Part shown: one piece after another, positions 34,128 to 44,588 of the stretch
Numbering within the stretch: the first letter of the stretch is position 1
Layout of the letters: each line of letters starts with the position of its first letter
IMG/VR virus record: IMGVR_UViG_3300036770_007495
Coordinates: 62,001-126,000 of that record
Direction: 5' to 3' (one strand)
Length of the DNA: 64,000 nucleotides
The notes under the pieces: generated by a model
Told to the model about the DNA's origin: nothing
The model's input: only the letters and a program-made list of their open reading frames with translations
The model's database searches: none
Position numbers and translations under genes: made by a program

Positions 34128-34370
34128 TTACTGTAGCTGCAAATTTGTAAAATCAATGAGTTTTGTCTTTAAACTTTGATAAATTTCTTTGCCGCATTCA
34201 TTGAGCTTAGATTCAGTTTGCTGCATTTTTTTACCAAGAATATTTAGCTTCACACATTGCAGAGAATCCAAGTCAAACTCAAACTGTGAATCTTGTTGCA
34301 TGATTGCAAAAAGTAGACTAAGTTCATCATGCGTTAATTCTGACTCAAGCCATTGTCTGTGTAACATCAT
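34128..34370 (-). CDS. hypothetical protein
   Basis: ORF upstream of nrdB. Confidence 0.55.
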   Translation of the reverse strand: MMLHRQWLESELTHDELSLLFAIMQQDSQFEFDLDSLQCVKLNILGKKMQQTESKLNECGKEIYQSLKTKLIDFTNLQLQ

Positions 34371-34382
34371 AAATAAAAGAAT

Positions 34383-35219
34383 ATGCAATTGTTGTTTGAA
34401 CAATACTTTACGGATGCTCTCGATTTTTCAAGGGATTTGTATAAAAAACTTAGAAACAGCACGGAAATTTATCCTGCTGGCGAGGATGTAATATACAAAC
34501 TTTCTGATGATCCATTAATTGATGTAATTTTTGTTAGAACTCCAAATTTAGGCATGCAAACTGCTCTTGGTGGTTTTTATAGAGCAACCAAAGGAAAACG
34601 CAGCACAGTTACACTTAAAAATGGTAAAAAGGCACGACGCATGCTAGTGCTGGGCGGTGAAATTGCAATCAATGTTGCTAACATCATTCAAAAATATCGT
34701 CATATGTTTCCAATATACAAGGAGATTGCACCTGCCATCATCAAAATTAAAAAAAATAGTTACGCATTCTCTGATGATGTCAATGCACTACACTTTGCTA
34801 CCATTGTAAAGGAACTCATTGATACTAACTTTTTTGCACATGTTTTTGCACACGAAGTTCAGCATTTTTACAATCCTTGGGTACACAAACGCGCTGAATC
34901 ACATCGCAAAGTCAAAACTGATTTGCCATTAACACAAGATGAGCAACGTGATCTTAATTATCTGCGCTCCAATGCTGAGGTAGATAGCCGCACCATTGAA
35001 GCAGCTGTTCGTGTCATTGGTGCACAAGGCATGCAACATGTGTTTGATGAAAACACTCCTGAAAATCAAAAGAAATTTGTAATAGCGTGCATACAGGATT
35101 TTATCAATACTGAAGTTTGGGATGTTTATCCAGAATGGCTGCGCAACAAATTGATCAGGCGCTGGAGCAAAATTTACCAGCACGAGATGCAAAGACGGTT
35201 CCGTGCTGGTAAACTCTAA
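34383..35219 (+). CDS. HExxH metallopeptidase-like protein
   Basis: AHEVQH...YL....EVDS. Confidence 0.55.
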   Translation: MQLLFEQYFTDALDFSRDLYKKLRNSTEIYPAGEDVIYKLSDDPLIDVIFVRTPNLGMQTALGGFYRATKGKRSTVTLKNGKKARRMLVLGGEIAINVANIIQKYRHMFPIYKEIAPAIIKIKKNSYAFSDDVNALHFATIVKELIDTNFFAHVFAHEVQHFYNPWVHKRAESHRKVKTDLPLTQDEQRDLNYLRSNAEVDSRTIEAAVRVIGAQGMQHVFDENTPENQKKFVIACIQDFINTEVWDVYPEWLRNKLIRRWSKIYQHEMQRRFRAGKL

Positions 35220-35228
35220 CTGTTTATC

Positions 35229-37721
35229 TTATTGACAGCTCTGACAATCAGGGTTGTCAATCATGCATGCCTTAACGTTGCTCAATTCGTCTCCAATGGA
35301 GCTAACAATGGGATCAGCTGTTTTAGCAGAAGATACAGATGCCTTCTCGATGTCACTTGCACCACGGTTTCTCAAGTAATAAGTTGTCTTGAGTCCTAGT
35401 TCCCAAGCAAGCATATACAAGTCGTTGAGATACTTGAGACTTGTCTTGTCATTGAACAAATTGACTGACATGGCCTGATCAATCCACATGCCTCGAGCTG
35501 CAGCAGCTTTGAGCAATTTGAACTGATCCACCTGGAATGCAGTCTTGTATTTGTTCTGCAGATACTCTCTATGCTCAGCAGGAACATTGAGCTGAGTTAC
35601 ATCACCATTGACACGTTTCACTTCATTTAGCATGTTGTGATTCCACAATCCAAGCTTCTTGAGATCATTTACAAATGGTTCACAAACAACAGTGAAGTCA
35701 CCGCTGAGAGTAGAGTATACATAAATGTTGTTGTACAATGGTTCTGTAGTTGGACTACAACCAACAATGCTGCTGATGGTTGCAGTAGGAGCAATGGCCA
35801 TGGTGTTGCTGTTGCGCATGCCATGCTGCTTCACATGTTCACGCACTTCACTCCATTCTGGCAATGTCTCTTTGCACAACGGCATAAACACATCCTCATC
35901 ACTACGATATGTGGCAAGCTTGTTGTATGTATCAATGGGGAAGATGTTTTGGTCCCACAGAGAACCCTTGTAGGTGGAGTAGGTGCCACGTTCTTTGGCA
36001 AGAACAGAACTTGCTTTGATGGTGTGCAATGACATGAATTCGTAAATCTTGCCACTCAAAATGATGGCTTCATCACTATCATAATTGACATCCAGAGCAA
36101 AGAACAAATCATGCCAGCCCATGCTACCCATGCCCACCGGACGATGTCTGGTGTTAGAGAGTTTAGCTTCTTGAGTTGGATAGAAATTGATGTCGATGAC
36201 ATTGTCAAGCATGCGTGCTGCAATACCAATGGTATCTGCAAGCAAGGGCCAATCAATTTCAACTTTGCCATCAACAACTTTGGTATGAGCTCCAACATTC
36301 ACAGAGCCCAAATTGCACACAGCAGTCTCGCCATATTCTTTGATCTGACGATCATTGTTGCGTTCAAAAGAGGTAGGCTTGTTGTGTAGAATAATTTCAG
36401 TGCACAAATTGGAAGAGTGAACAACACCTTCGTGCTGGTTGGAGTATCGTAAGTTGCTTGGATCTTTCCAAGTCATCCATGGATGACCAGTCTCAAACAA
36501 CATCTTGAGCATCAGCTTCCAAAGTTCCTTGGCAGATACTTCTTTGAACAAGCGCATTTCACCACGCTTGCCCTTGTCAACATACTCCCAGTATTTCTGC
36601 TCAAATGCTTCACCCCACAGTTCATGCAGTTCTGGTGCTTCATCTGGACTCATGAGATACCATGGACCATCAATGCGAACCTGATTCATGAACAAGTCAG
36701 GAATCCAGTTGGCTGTATTCATGTCATGGCAGCGACGACGGTCATCACCTGTATTCTTCTTGAGGTCCAAGAAGTCATAGATGTCATAATGCCAGGTTTC
36801 AAGATAACCGCAACCAGCACCACGACGCTTGCCACTCTGATTGATGGCTACGAGCATGTCATTGAACATCTTCCAGATGTAAACTGAACCTTGCGTCTTG
36901 CCACCAGTAGAAGTAATGACTGCATTGCCTGCACGGAATGGTGTAAAGTCCATGCCCAATCCACCTGCAAACTTGCTCTTTTGTGCTTCTTGATGCAAAC
37001 CGTCAAAGATGCCTTCAAGAGAATCTTCAAAGGTGTTGAGGAAGCAGCTGCTCAACTGATTGCGAACACCACCAGCATTGAACAAGGTTGGTGTGCTGGT
37101 CATGTATCGGAATGTGCTCAGCACTTCATAGAACTTGATTGCATAATCAGTGCGCTCTTCTGGCTTTTCAGCAAGAGCAAGACCCATGGCAACTCGCATG
37201 AGCCAGGTTTGAGGAGCTTCAACAATCTTACCGTCAATGCGGTAAAAATAGCGGTCATTGATGGTCTGCAAGCCAATGTATGGGAACAGATAGTCTCTGT
37301 CAAGCTTGAGTGCATTGCTCAACTTCTTCAAATCATACTTGAGAAGTTCTTTGTTGACAATGCCTGCTTTGGCAAGTTTCTTGAGATTGGTGATGAAAGA
37401 CTTGCGATACTGTAAATCAAATGCATCACTATCAACACCTTCTTCAAACACTTGCTTGTAGAGAGTCTGAAGCAGCAAACGAGCAGCAACAAACTTGTAT
37501 TGTGGCTCCTGCTCAATGAGGGCTCGTGCAGATCGAATGAGAGCTTCATCAATGGCTTCAGTTGGAATGCCATTATACAGCTTGAGCGTAGCATTGTATA
37601 CTACCTGCTTGTAATCAGTTGATTCCAAACCTTTGCATGCTCTCTTGGCACAATTGTGCACTTTCTTCTCATTAAACTCTTCAGTTTTACCAGAACGTTT
37701 TTTGACTTTCATTGAACTCAT
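35229..37721 (-). CDS. nrdA: ribonucleotide reductase class Ia alpha with ATP cone
   Basis: VKKRSG; STPTLFN; SSCF; SNLCTEI; APT; TTYY; C..C tail. Confidence 0.97.
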   Translation of the reverse strand: MSSMKVKKRSGKTEEFNEKKVHNCAKRACKGLESTDYKQVVYNATLKLYNGIPTEAIDEALIRSARALIEQEPQYKFVAARLLLQTLYKQVFEEGVDSDAFDLQYRKSFITNLKKLAKAGIVNKELLKYDLKKLSNALKLDRDYLFPYIGLQTINDRYFYRIDGKIVEAPQTWLMRVAMGLALAEKPEERTDYAIKFYEVLSTFRYMTSTPTLFNAGGVRNQLSSCFLNTFEDSLEGIFDGLHQEAQKSKFAGGLGMDFTPFRAGNAVITSTGGKTQGSVYIWKMFNDMLVAINQSGKRRGAGCGYLETWHYDIYDFLDLKKNTGDDRRRCHDMNTANWIPDLFMNQVRIDGPWYLMSPDEAPELHELWGEAFEQKYWEYVDKGKRGEMRLFKEVSAKELWKLMLKMLFETGHPWMTWKDPSNLRYSNQHEGVVHSSNLCTEIILHNKPTSFERNNDRQIKEYGETAVCNLGSVNVGAHTKVVDGKVEIDWPLLADTIGIAARMLDNVIDINFYPTQEAKLSNTRHRPVGMGSMGWHDLFFALDVNYDSDEAIILSGKIYEFMSLHTIKASSVLAKERGTYSTYKGSLWDQNIFPIDTYNKLATYRSDEDVFMPLCKETLPEWSEVREHVKQHGMRNSNTMAIAPTATISSIVGCSPTTEPLYNNIYVYSTLSGDFTVVCEPFVNDLKKLGLWNHNMLNEVKRVNGDVTQLNVPAEHREYLQNKYKTAFQVDQFKLLKAAAARGMWIDQAMSVNLFNDKTSLKYLNDLYMLAWELGLKTTYYLRNRGASDIEKASVSSAKTADPIVSSIGDELSNVKACMIDNPDCQSCQ

Positions 37722-37751
37722 AGTTGAAATATAGATGCAGAAGTTGCGAAA

Positions 37752-37979
37752 TCAATTAGAAATCGGTATAGAATTGATTAGCTCAAAACTTGGCAATTTG
37801 TATGTTTTGATGAACTTTGTAGCTGCAGAAACTTGTACAGTCAGAGTCAAAACATTGCCAGCACACACGCAAGAAATGATGTTGTCTCCAACGTCGCGTG
37901 TTAATGCTTGTACTCCTGTTAATGCATTGTATATTTTTACAATGCTGCCTTGTGCAAATGCGGTGTAAATGTTATCCAT
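37752..37979 (-). CDS. hypothetical protein
   Basis: ORF in operon. Confidence 0.6.
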   Translation of the reverse strand: MDNIYTAFAQGSIVKIYNALTGVQALTRDVGDNIISCVCAGNVLTLTVQVSAATKFIKTYKLPSFELINSIPISN

Positions 37980-38346
37980 TGTAGTTTCGTAGATTTTCAA
38001 TAAATTCTTTCACGTGCGGCTTGACCTCTATATTTACCGATTCAAGAGGCTGTTCAGGAATGAAATTTTCAGAATCTTTCTCCATAACAATTTGTTTGAT
38101 TTGTTCAAGAGTAAGTTGCATTGGCTCTGCTGCCTTGCCCAAAACATCTTGAATTTCATCAATGGAGTATCCGCGTTTCACCATGCTTTTGGCTTGTTTG
38201 CAGATGTATTTTTGCTGCAATGCTTGTTCGCTGCCAAATTCAATGACCTTTTTATCATAGTATTCACGTGTTAGCGGCGTTGTTTTGCCTGTGATGATGC
38301 ACGTGACTTTGGTTGTGTTCTTTTTTTCTTTTTGAGTGTCGGCCAT
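37972..38346 (-). CDS. hypothetical protein
   Basis: ORF in operon; CIITG. Confidence 0.65.
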   Translation of the reverse strand: MADTQKEKKNTTKVTCIITGKTTPLTREYYDKKVIEFGSEQALQQKYICKQAKSMVKRGYSIDEIQDVLGKAAEPMQLTLEQIKQIVMEKDSENFIPEQPLESVNIEVKPHVKEFIENLRNYNG

Positions 38347-38522
38347 TTGAGTATGTTTTCTTCTGGAGCACCATAACCTTCATTGCCTTTGAAGCCTTGA
38401 CGAGGTGCTCTTGTTATTGTACTTATTGAGTTTGGCTGATTCAGCAACGGACCTTTGCCGGTTCTCGCATACTCTGAATCATTCATGTAATATGTCTCAA
38501 AAAATGTAGCAAAACACTGCAT
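38271..38522 (-). CDS. small late protein
   Basis: TAAATA 5 nt upstream of ATG 38522. Confidence 0.5.
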   Translation of the reverse strand: MQCFATFFETYYMNDSEYARTGKGPLLNQPNSISTITRAPRQGFKGNEGYGAPEENILKWPTLKKKKRTQPKSRASSQAKQRR

Positions 38523-38530
38523 GGCAGTAT

Positions 38531-38998
38531 TTATGCTTCCCATGGATATACAACCCATACGGTGCTTTCTATGGCATATATATCTGGGACATAATATGAG
38601 TCGTGCGCACGATGCAGAGTAGCAAATCTAATTTTGTTGGCTTTGTTGCTTTTTTCTAGATATTTTGTGATGCATGAAATGGTTCTGCCAGAATCGCAGA
38701 TGTCATCAACAATAAGCACGTTTCTGTTGTCAACAAACTCATCAAGTTCCTTGCCAATGTCATTGTAAAATTCTACACCATCCAATTGTTTGGTGTCATC
38801 ATAGGACTTTAATCCAATGATTCTCATGGGCAAATTTAAATTGTGTGCAAGCCACACCGCAGGAATCGCGCCACCTCGCAGCAATCCAATGATGCAATCA
38901 AACTTCAAATCAAGTTCTCGTTCATGCTGTTTGATTTTTTCTTGTAGAACGTTGCAAAGCACATCAAATTCTTGCCATGTAAGATAATGTTTATCCAT
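38531..38998 (-). CDS. Gpt-like phosphoribosyltransferase
   Basis: GLLRGG; VLIVDDICDSGRT; WVVYPWE. Confidence 0.9.
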   Translation of the reverse strand: MDKHYLTWQEFDVLCNVLQEKIKQHERELDLKFDCIIGLLRGGAIPAVWLAHNLNLPMRIIGLKSYDDTKQLDGVEFYNDIGKELDEFVDNRNVLIVDDICDSGRTISCITKYLEKSNKANKIRFATLHRAHDSYYVPDIYAIESTVWVVYPWEA

Positions 38999-39031
38999 GA
39001 CTAAATATAGATAACATTCTGCTTTTTCAAC

Positions 39032-39334
39032 ATGGACAACAAAGATTTACAATGCATTCTTGAAAATTATTATCGCAACATGGAGACCATGCAGCCTGCT
39101 GACAAGCGATACAAGGCAGAGTATGATCGTCACAACAGCACCCCTGAGTGGGATGCAATGACTGATCCATCCAAGGGGCCATCAATGCTTACACCATCTG
39201 TTGATGAAGAGCAGCCTGACAAAGCAAGCAAAATGAAAAGTCTCATTGAAATGGAGATCAAAAGAGCTCCAAAAAAGATGACTTATGCAATCAGGGTTCT
39301 GAAGTCTTTGCTGCAGAAGATTGATAGTCTGTGA
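39032..39334 (+). CDS. hypothetical protein
   Basis: 100-aa ORF. Confidence 0.55.
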   Translation: MDNKDLQCILENYYRNMETMQPADKRYKAEYDRHNSTPEWDAMTDPSKGPSMLTPSVDEEQPDKASKMKSLIEMEIKRAPKKMTYAIRVLKSLLQKIDSL

Positions 39335-39641
39335 TGGCTTTTTTCTTGGCCATGCATAATACATCAATGGCTTGAACCATTTGGACTACACTATCTGCTG
39401 ACCAGCATGCTGCTGCACTGACAAATGGCATTGCCAAATATTTGAGACTGAATGCCCATTCACAAATCATCATGAATGGTACATGCAATGCACCGGCCCA
39501 AAATCCTAAACACAAGGAACATTTAAAGAGTTCTTTGAGCAGCTCATCATCTTTTGTGATGCGCTCTCTATAATCTTTTAAGATGCTGCCGTATTTAAGA
39601 ATGAAGGTGAGACCAATGCAACTAGCCAAGTAGTAGCTCAT
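39291..39641 (-). CDS. membrane protein (DUF1360-like)
   Basis: ELFKCSLCLGFW; hydrophobic. Confidence 0.6.
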   Translation of the reverse strand: MSYYLASCIGLTFILKYGSILKDYRERITKDDELLKELFKCSLCLGFWAGALHVPFMMICEWAFSLKYLAMPFVSAAACWSADSVVQMVQAIDVLCMAKKKAITDYQSSAAKTSEP

Positions 39642-39834
39642 CTTTTTTTCCTTCAAATACTTTCACTGCATCAGCAATGAGCTTAGCTTGATCAAGCTTC
39701 ATGGTAACCTTGTTGCCATCATCATCAATGATTTCAACTTTAGCATCATCAACCTTGTTCACTACTGGGCAGTTGTTGCCACCACAGCAGAGCTGCAAGC
39801 CGCCATTATCGAGTTGTTTGAGATAACTGTTCAT
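39622..39834 (-). CDS. small hypothetical protein
   Basis: LCCGGNNCP; translationally coupled. Confidence 0.6.
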   Translation of the reverse strand: MNSYLKQLDNGGLQLCCGGNNCPVVNKVDDAKVEIIDDDGNKVTMKLDQAKLIADAVKVFEGKKDELLLG

Positions 39835-41453
39835 ACGAATCGTTTCAAAAAGTATTTAGGCAGCTTGCTTGCATTATCAAGGATGCTGTGAACAATGTTG
39901 CCATCCAGAATATATGTTACACAGAAATCATCTTTGCTTCTGACACCTCGACCAGATGCCTGAATCACAGTTGTAAGCATCTTGTTTGCATACCATTGTG
40001 GGTCCATGTCAAACAGTTTCTTGATGCGCTTGCTGTTGAGTGGCAAATATGGAGCTTTGACAATGATCTGAAATCTTGCCAAATCATCTTTCAAGTCAAC
40101 ACCATGAGTCATGCTGGGGCTCACCAGCACTGTATCATCATCACCTTGCAGATGCATTTGCAAAATTTGCTCATTGTCAATGCCATCTTCTCGCACCAAG
40201 TATCTTTTGCCTTTGAGATTCTCACGCATGTAATTGGTGATGTTCATGTTGTGAGTATGAATGATGCCCTTGGCACCTTTGTGATTATCAACAATCTGCT
40301 CAATGAGATTTTTGAATACAGGCATGAGCTTTTCCCAATTGCCATTGTTCATTCTGTATTTGCTGGATACAATGATGGGAGCTTTTTGTGGGTCAAAGGT
40401 GCTAGGCATCTCAATGTATGCATAGTCATCAATGCCTAGACTCTTGGCATAGTTGGCAGGATCAATGATGGTTGCAGACATGAGCAACACTTTATGAGCA
40501 TTGTCAAACAAATGATGTGACAATTTGTCAACTTTGAGCGGACTAATAGTGATGCCTGTCTTGGTTTTCTCAGCAACATATTCACATGCACCCCAATTGT
40601 CAAGAACTGTCTTGACTTGACCATGCATGTTTTTAGCTGCAAGCATTCTGCTAACTTCAGCAGCAGATGCTTTCTTCTTTTTGCTGGCCACTTTCTTTTC
40701 CAATTCTCCAATGACTTCTGTAAGATTAGTCGCAATGCTGATGAGATGAGTTCTGACAGCAGTCAGATTTTCTACATCAACAATGTTGTCAAAACCAGGA
40801 AGCAAATAGTGAACAGTTTTGGTTCGCAGCTCCACAGAGTAGTTCTTCACAATTTCATCTTCAAGTTCTGCAGCTTCATCACACACGAGAAACTGTTTCT
40901 GCTTGACGTGATCAGGGAGACACATGAACATAGTGTAATTGAAAACACCAAAGCGAGACACAATGCTCTCATTGCGAGCATTGTAATACAGACACTTGTT
41001 GCACTTCCAACAATCCTGTTTCATCTTCTCCAGAATGATGCATGGAGCTGTATCAACGCTATGATCTTCATCCACCATGCATTTGTAGTTGCTCTTGCCT
41101 TTGAGCACCATGGAGTCATTGAACAGTCGCTCATATTGATCTTGCAATGCTTTGGTAACTGTCAAAACAGCACCACCAAATGGCGCCATTTTCATGCATT
41201 CTTCTTCATGAATGTATGCACCAGATTCTTTTTCAAAGATGTCATAGCCGCGCACCAGCTGCTTGAATCTATCAGATGGTTCATTGCTGGCATTGCAAAT
41301 TGTCTTGGCAACCATGCTCTTGCCACTTCCAGTTGGTGCACAGCAAATTACAAACTTGTGCTTGGTGAATGCATCAGAAATTTCTCTGATGACTTTTGCC
41401 TGAGCTTCTGTTGGCGTAAACGGAGCGGGAAAATGCTGTTCGAGATCAATCAT
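39831..41453 (-). CDS. DinG/YoaA-like SF2 helicase
   Basis: APTGSGKS; KGKSNY.C; DEA; MSATI; GVDL; Q..GR.VRS..D. Confidence 0.9.
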   Translation of the reverse strand: MIDLEQHFPAPFTPTEAQAKVIREISDAFTKHKFVICCAPTGSGKSMVAKTICNASNEPSDRFKQLVRGYDIFEKESGAYIHEEECMKMAPFGGAVLTVTKALQDQYERLFNDSMVLKGKSNYKCMVDEDHSVDTAPCIILEKMKQDCWKCNKCLYYNARNESIVSRFGVFNYTMFMCLPDHVKQKQFLVCDEAAELEDEIVKNYSVELRTKTVHYLLPGFDNIVDVENLTAVRTHLISIATNLTEVIGELEKKVASKKKKASAAEVSRMLAAKNMHGQVKTVLDNWGACEYVAEKTKTGITISPLKVDKLSHHLFDNAHKVLLMSATIIDPANYAKSLGIDDYAYIEMPSTFDPQKAPIIVSSKYRMNNGNWEKLMPVFKNLIEQIVDNHKGAKGIIHTHNMNITNYMRENLKGKRYLVREDGIDNEQILQMHLQGDDDTVLVSPSMTHGVDLKDDLARFQIIVKAPYLPLNSKRIKKLFDMDPQWYANKMLTTVIQASGRGVRSKDDFCVTYILDGNIVHSILDNASKLPKYFLKRFV

Positions 41454-41467
41454 GAGACATTGTAGTC

Positions 41468-41809
41468 TCAATTTACTCTTTTGCAATGCACAATTGTGTC
41501 AAAAAACCTGGTGTTTTTCTTTTTTGTTGTTGTGCGCAATTTGAAGTAAACGTCATTGTTGTTGCGGCTCAATGTTTTGAGTGTAAAATCAAGAGCAATG
41601 ACATCATTTTGTTTTTCTACGCTAAATGGCAAAGGCAAAATGAATTGTTTGGTGTCACCGGCATCAGTTTGAAGCACGAAAAATACATGAAAATCCTTGA
41701 TGGCAATCAGAATTAGTTTGCCTTTCTTTATTGACTTGCCATTGATGTCAAAGCTTATTTTGCTTTGCAAAAATGAGCTGAATGTTTTTTCTATGTACTC
41801 GGAAATCAT
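41468..41809 (-). CDS. hypothetical protein
   Basis: ORF in operon. Confidence 0.65.
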   Translation of the reverse strand: MISEYIEKTFSSFLQSKISFDINGKSIKKGKLILIAIKDFHVFFVLQTDAGDTKQFILPLPFSVEKQNDVIALDFTLKTLSRNNNDVYFKLRTTTKKKNTRFFDTIVHCKRVN

Positions 41810-42186
41810 GATTGCATAAATGCAAACTTTTGTTGCATTGACATGGGGAAAATGGTTTCATTGAAGAAATTCCAAAACTCATCATTGGGTTGAAACTGTC
41901 TTACAATTTCACAATCATCCAAGCTGATGGTACGAAAATCCTGCATTAAAATATCCCATGTGATGATGAGATTTTTTTGTGCAGGATTGTAATTCAAAGC
42001 ATTTGCAGGGGTTCTGTAATTGAGAACAATGCGACCGTTGGGCGATGTTAAGATGGTTGAGTTGTTGGTGCACAACATTCTTCGCACTGCTCCCAATCCA
42101 GGAATTTGTCGACGACGAACAAAGCGGACCTCAACAACGTTGTTGAGCAAAGCTTGATAAAGAGGTCCGTATGACGTCTGCGGCAT
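41806..42186 (-). CDS. DUF2693/WYL-like small protein
   Basis: VVEVRF...R.MLCT...WD....FR. Confidence 0.6.
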   Translation of the reverse strand: MPQTSYGPLYQALLNNVVEVRFVRRRQIPGLGAVRRMLCTNNSTILTSPNGRIVLNYRTPANALNYNPAQKNLIITWDILMQDFRTISLDDCEIVRQFQPNDEFWNFFNETIFPMSMQQKFAFMQS

Positions 42187-42188
42187 AA

Positions 42189-42590
42189 TTACTTAGTATC
42201 CCTTGGCTGGCACTTGCCAAACAAACGCTGCTCATTCAAGAACATGCCTTTTTTGATCTTGCCATGGCCTTTGATTTCCATGCCAGTAACAGTGACTCCT
42301 TTGTCATTTGGAAACATGACAATGTCACCAGGCTGTGTGTTCTTAACTTCTGTTCCAACAAGAACAACTTTGGCTTTTCTCCATGCTTTGGTAACAGAGT
42401 TGGTTGGGATGTAAATGCCACCTCTTAAAATTGCATCTCCATCTTCTGACAAGTCTATGAATTCAACCAAAATGATGTCTCCATAAACTTGAGACAAAAT
42501 GAAGTCATCCATTCCAAAGTCTCCTTCGGAATGAGATGACAAGTCAATGAGGTTGCGTGTTGGTGCTAACTGATCAATATCTGCGGGCAT
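42189..42590 (-). CDS. groES: GroES-like co-chaperonin (gp31 analogue)
   Basis: D.ILVE; GGIYIP; A.VV.VG; PGD.V; late promoter. Confidence 0.75.
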   Translation of the reverse strand: MPADIDQLAPTRNLIDLSSHSEGDFGMDDFILSQVYGDIILVEFIDLSEDGDAILRGGIYIPTNSVTKAWRKAKVVLVGTEVKNTQPGDIVMFPNDKGVTVTGMEIKGHGKIKKGMFLNEQRLFGKCQPRDTK

Positions 42591-42599
42591 ATGCTGTAT

Positions 42600-42974
42600 T
42601 TACATGCATACGCTTTTTTGCAACTCCTGATATTGCTTTACACTCATGAAGTTTGCATGAGCAATCATGCGATCCAACTCTTCTTGCTCATCTTTTGCTG
42701 CCTTTTGTTTTTTGGCAGTCTTCTTCACATAGTTGATTTTCTTGAACTTGCTCTTTGCAAGCAAATGAAAAAGAAAATCATACTGCTGCTGTTTGTTATC
42801 AAAGATTGACCACCACTGATTTGTAGTAGCATTGATGAGACTCGCAACATCTGGTGAATACATGCTGAGCCAGCGGTTCATCATGTACAGATTAAACTCC
42901 TTTTCACACTCTGTATCTAGTTCAATGTATTTTTTTGAAGTGAGTACAGAGGAAAGAAAATCAAAGATGGTCAT
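42600..42974 (-). CDS. gp62: clamp loader small subunit
   Basis: FDFL.S; FN.YM.NRWLSM; QYDFL. Confidence 0.7.
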   Translation of the reverse strand: MTIFDFLSSVLTSKKYIELDTECEKEFNLYMMNRWLSMYSPDVASLINATTNQWWSIFDNKQQQYDFLFHLLAKSKFKKINYVKKTAKKQKAAKDEQEELDRMIAHANFMSVKQYQELQKSVCM

Positions 42975-43573
42975 GCAATGATTTTTGTAGTCGCAACAAA
43001 GATGTTCTCAGTCATGTAGTGAAACACATCAATGACCTTTTGCATAAACACAGTTGCTTGCTCATCTGTCAGCTTGGTTGAGTATGCAAATCCAGGAGCC
43101 TTGTTGCCTGCATCAATGTTGATGCCAGTATGACCAAGAGCTGCACCATTCTTGACATAAGTGATGCTCACAGAGCACTTGCCTTTGCTATGCACCTGAC
43201 CATCACTGCCAACAAACTCATCATGAACAATCAAATCATCACCATTGACTTCAATGGGCTTTTGAATGATGCCATACAAGATGTTTGCAATCTGCGTATT
43301 GAACAAGCGCTGAAATGCTACTGCACCAAAAGCTTCAAGACCAGGAATCTCCCAGCAGAAGTTAATTGCATCTTTGCTGTAGATGAAATCATTGCTCAGC
43401 ACATCTTCCAGATCAATCATTCCAGATGCTTCAACATGCATGGGTGCACGAAATGCTACAATGTTACCTTGAGGTATAACTTGATTGCGCAGCAACTTGT
43501 AAGCAAAGCGATTGTGGATAAGATGTCCATCATAAATGATTTGATCATCGCGAATAAAAAGTTGGTAATTCAT
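42971..43573 (-). CDS. DUF366-like protein (biotin/lipoate ligase fold)
   Basis: YDG; IVAFR; MIDLED; QRL; GDDL; GK.SVSI; H.GINI. Confidence 0.7.
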   Translation of the reverse strand: MNYQLFIRDDQIIYDGHLIHNRFAYKLLRNQVIPQGNIVAFRAPMHVEASGMIDLEDVLSNDFIYSKDAINFCWEIPGLEAFGAVAFQRLFNTQIANILYGIIQKPIEVNGDDLIVHDEFVGSDGQVHSKGKCSVSITYVKNGAALGHTGINIDAGNKAPGFAYSTKLTDEQATVFMQKVIDVFHYMTENIFVATTKIIA

Positions 43574-43586
43574 CTTGTAATGTAAC

Positions 43587-44582
43587 TTACTGATTCTGTT
43601 TTTCAACCTGTTGTTTGATCCAAAAGTATGTTTTTTCAATGCCCTTGGCAAGTGAGTAGTTGGGAGACCATCCCAGCTTTTCTTGAATGAGAGCATTGTC
43701 AGAATTTCTTCCTCGTACTCCAGTTGGACCAGTAATGTGTTTCTTGGTCAACTGTTTGCCTTCAATGCTGCATGCAATGTCTACAAGCTGATTGATGGTC
43801 ACCATTTCATCAGAACCAAGATTCACTGGACCAGCAAATTCAGAATTCATGAGTCGGCGAATGCCTTCAATGCATTCATCAATGTAAAGAAAGGAGCGTG
43901 TTTGATTGCCATCACCCCAAATTTCAATCTCATCTGTTGCATTGATGACTTTGCGGCAAACTGCTGCAGGAGCTTTTTCCTTGCCACCTTGCCATGTACC
44001 AAGAGGTCCAAAAATGTTGTGAAAGCGCGCAATGCGAACATTCAAGCCATAATTGCGCTGATAAGCAAGATACAATCTCTCACTAAACAGTTTTTCCCAA
44101 CCATACTCAGAGTCTGGAGCTGCTGGATAGGCACTTGCTTCTGTGCAGTTTGGATTGTCTGGATCTTCTTGATTGTAAGCAGGGTACATGCATGCAGAGG
44201 AAGAATAAAATACCTTTTTGACGCCTTTCTTGATGCATTCTTCGGCAACATTCAAATTGATTGTTGCTGAATTGTGCATGACGTTAGCATCATTTTCACC
44301 AGTAAAAATGTAACCAGCACCACCCATGTCAGCTGCTAGCTGATATACTTCATCAAAGCCACCATCTGCAGCTGTACTCTGATGCGGTGAAAATACCACT
44401 CTTGAAACTGTTGATGCATCTCGCAAATCACCAATTACAAAATCGTCAGCTGCTGATTTGTCTTGATATTCAGGATACTTGAGGTCAACACCCCTCACCC
44501 AATATCCTTCTGATTTTAATCTGTTGACAAGGTGGTTGCCAATGAATCCACCTGCTCCAAGTACTAATGCTGTTTTATTCAT
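43587..44582 (-). CDS. GDP-mannose 3,5-epimerase-like SDR
   Basis: GAGGFIG; LAADMGG.G; SSAC.YP; YGWEK; GVRGRNSDN. Confidence 0.9.
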   Translation of the reverse strand: MNKTALVLGAGGFIGNHLVNRLKSEGYWVRGVDLKYPEYQDKSAADDFVIGDLRDASTVSRVVFSPHQSTAADGGFDEVYQLAADMGGAGYIFTGENDANVMHNSATINLNVAEECIKKGVKKVFYSSSACMYPAYNQEDPDNPNCTEASAYPAAPDSEYGWEKLFSERLYLAYQRNYGLNVRIARFHNIFGPLGTWQGGKEKAPAAVCRKVINATDEIEIWGDGNQTRSFLYIDECIEGIRRLMNSEFAGPVNLGSDEMVTINQLVDIACSIEGKQLTKKHITGPTGVRGRNSDNALIQEKLGWSPNYSLAKGIEKTYFWIKQQVEKQNQ

Positions 44583-44588
44583 AGTTTG

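Noticed and set aside
33106-37721. Introns or inteins in nrdA/nrdB
   Set aside because: Both ORFs are continuous and of normal length.
39888-44270. Long antisense ORFs (e.g. 40617-41465, 43683-44270)
   Set aside because: Antisense shadows of well-supported genes; no motifs.
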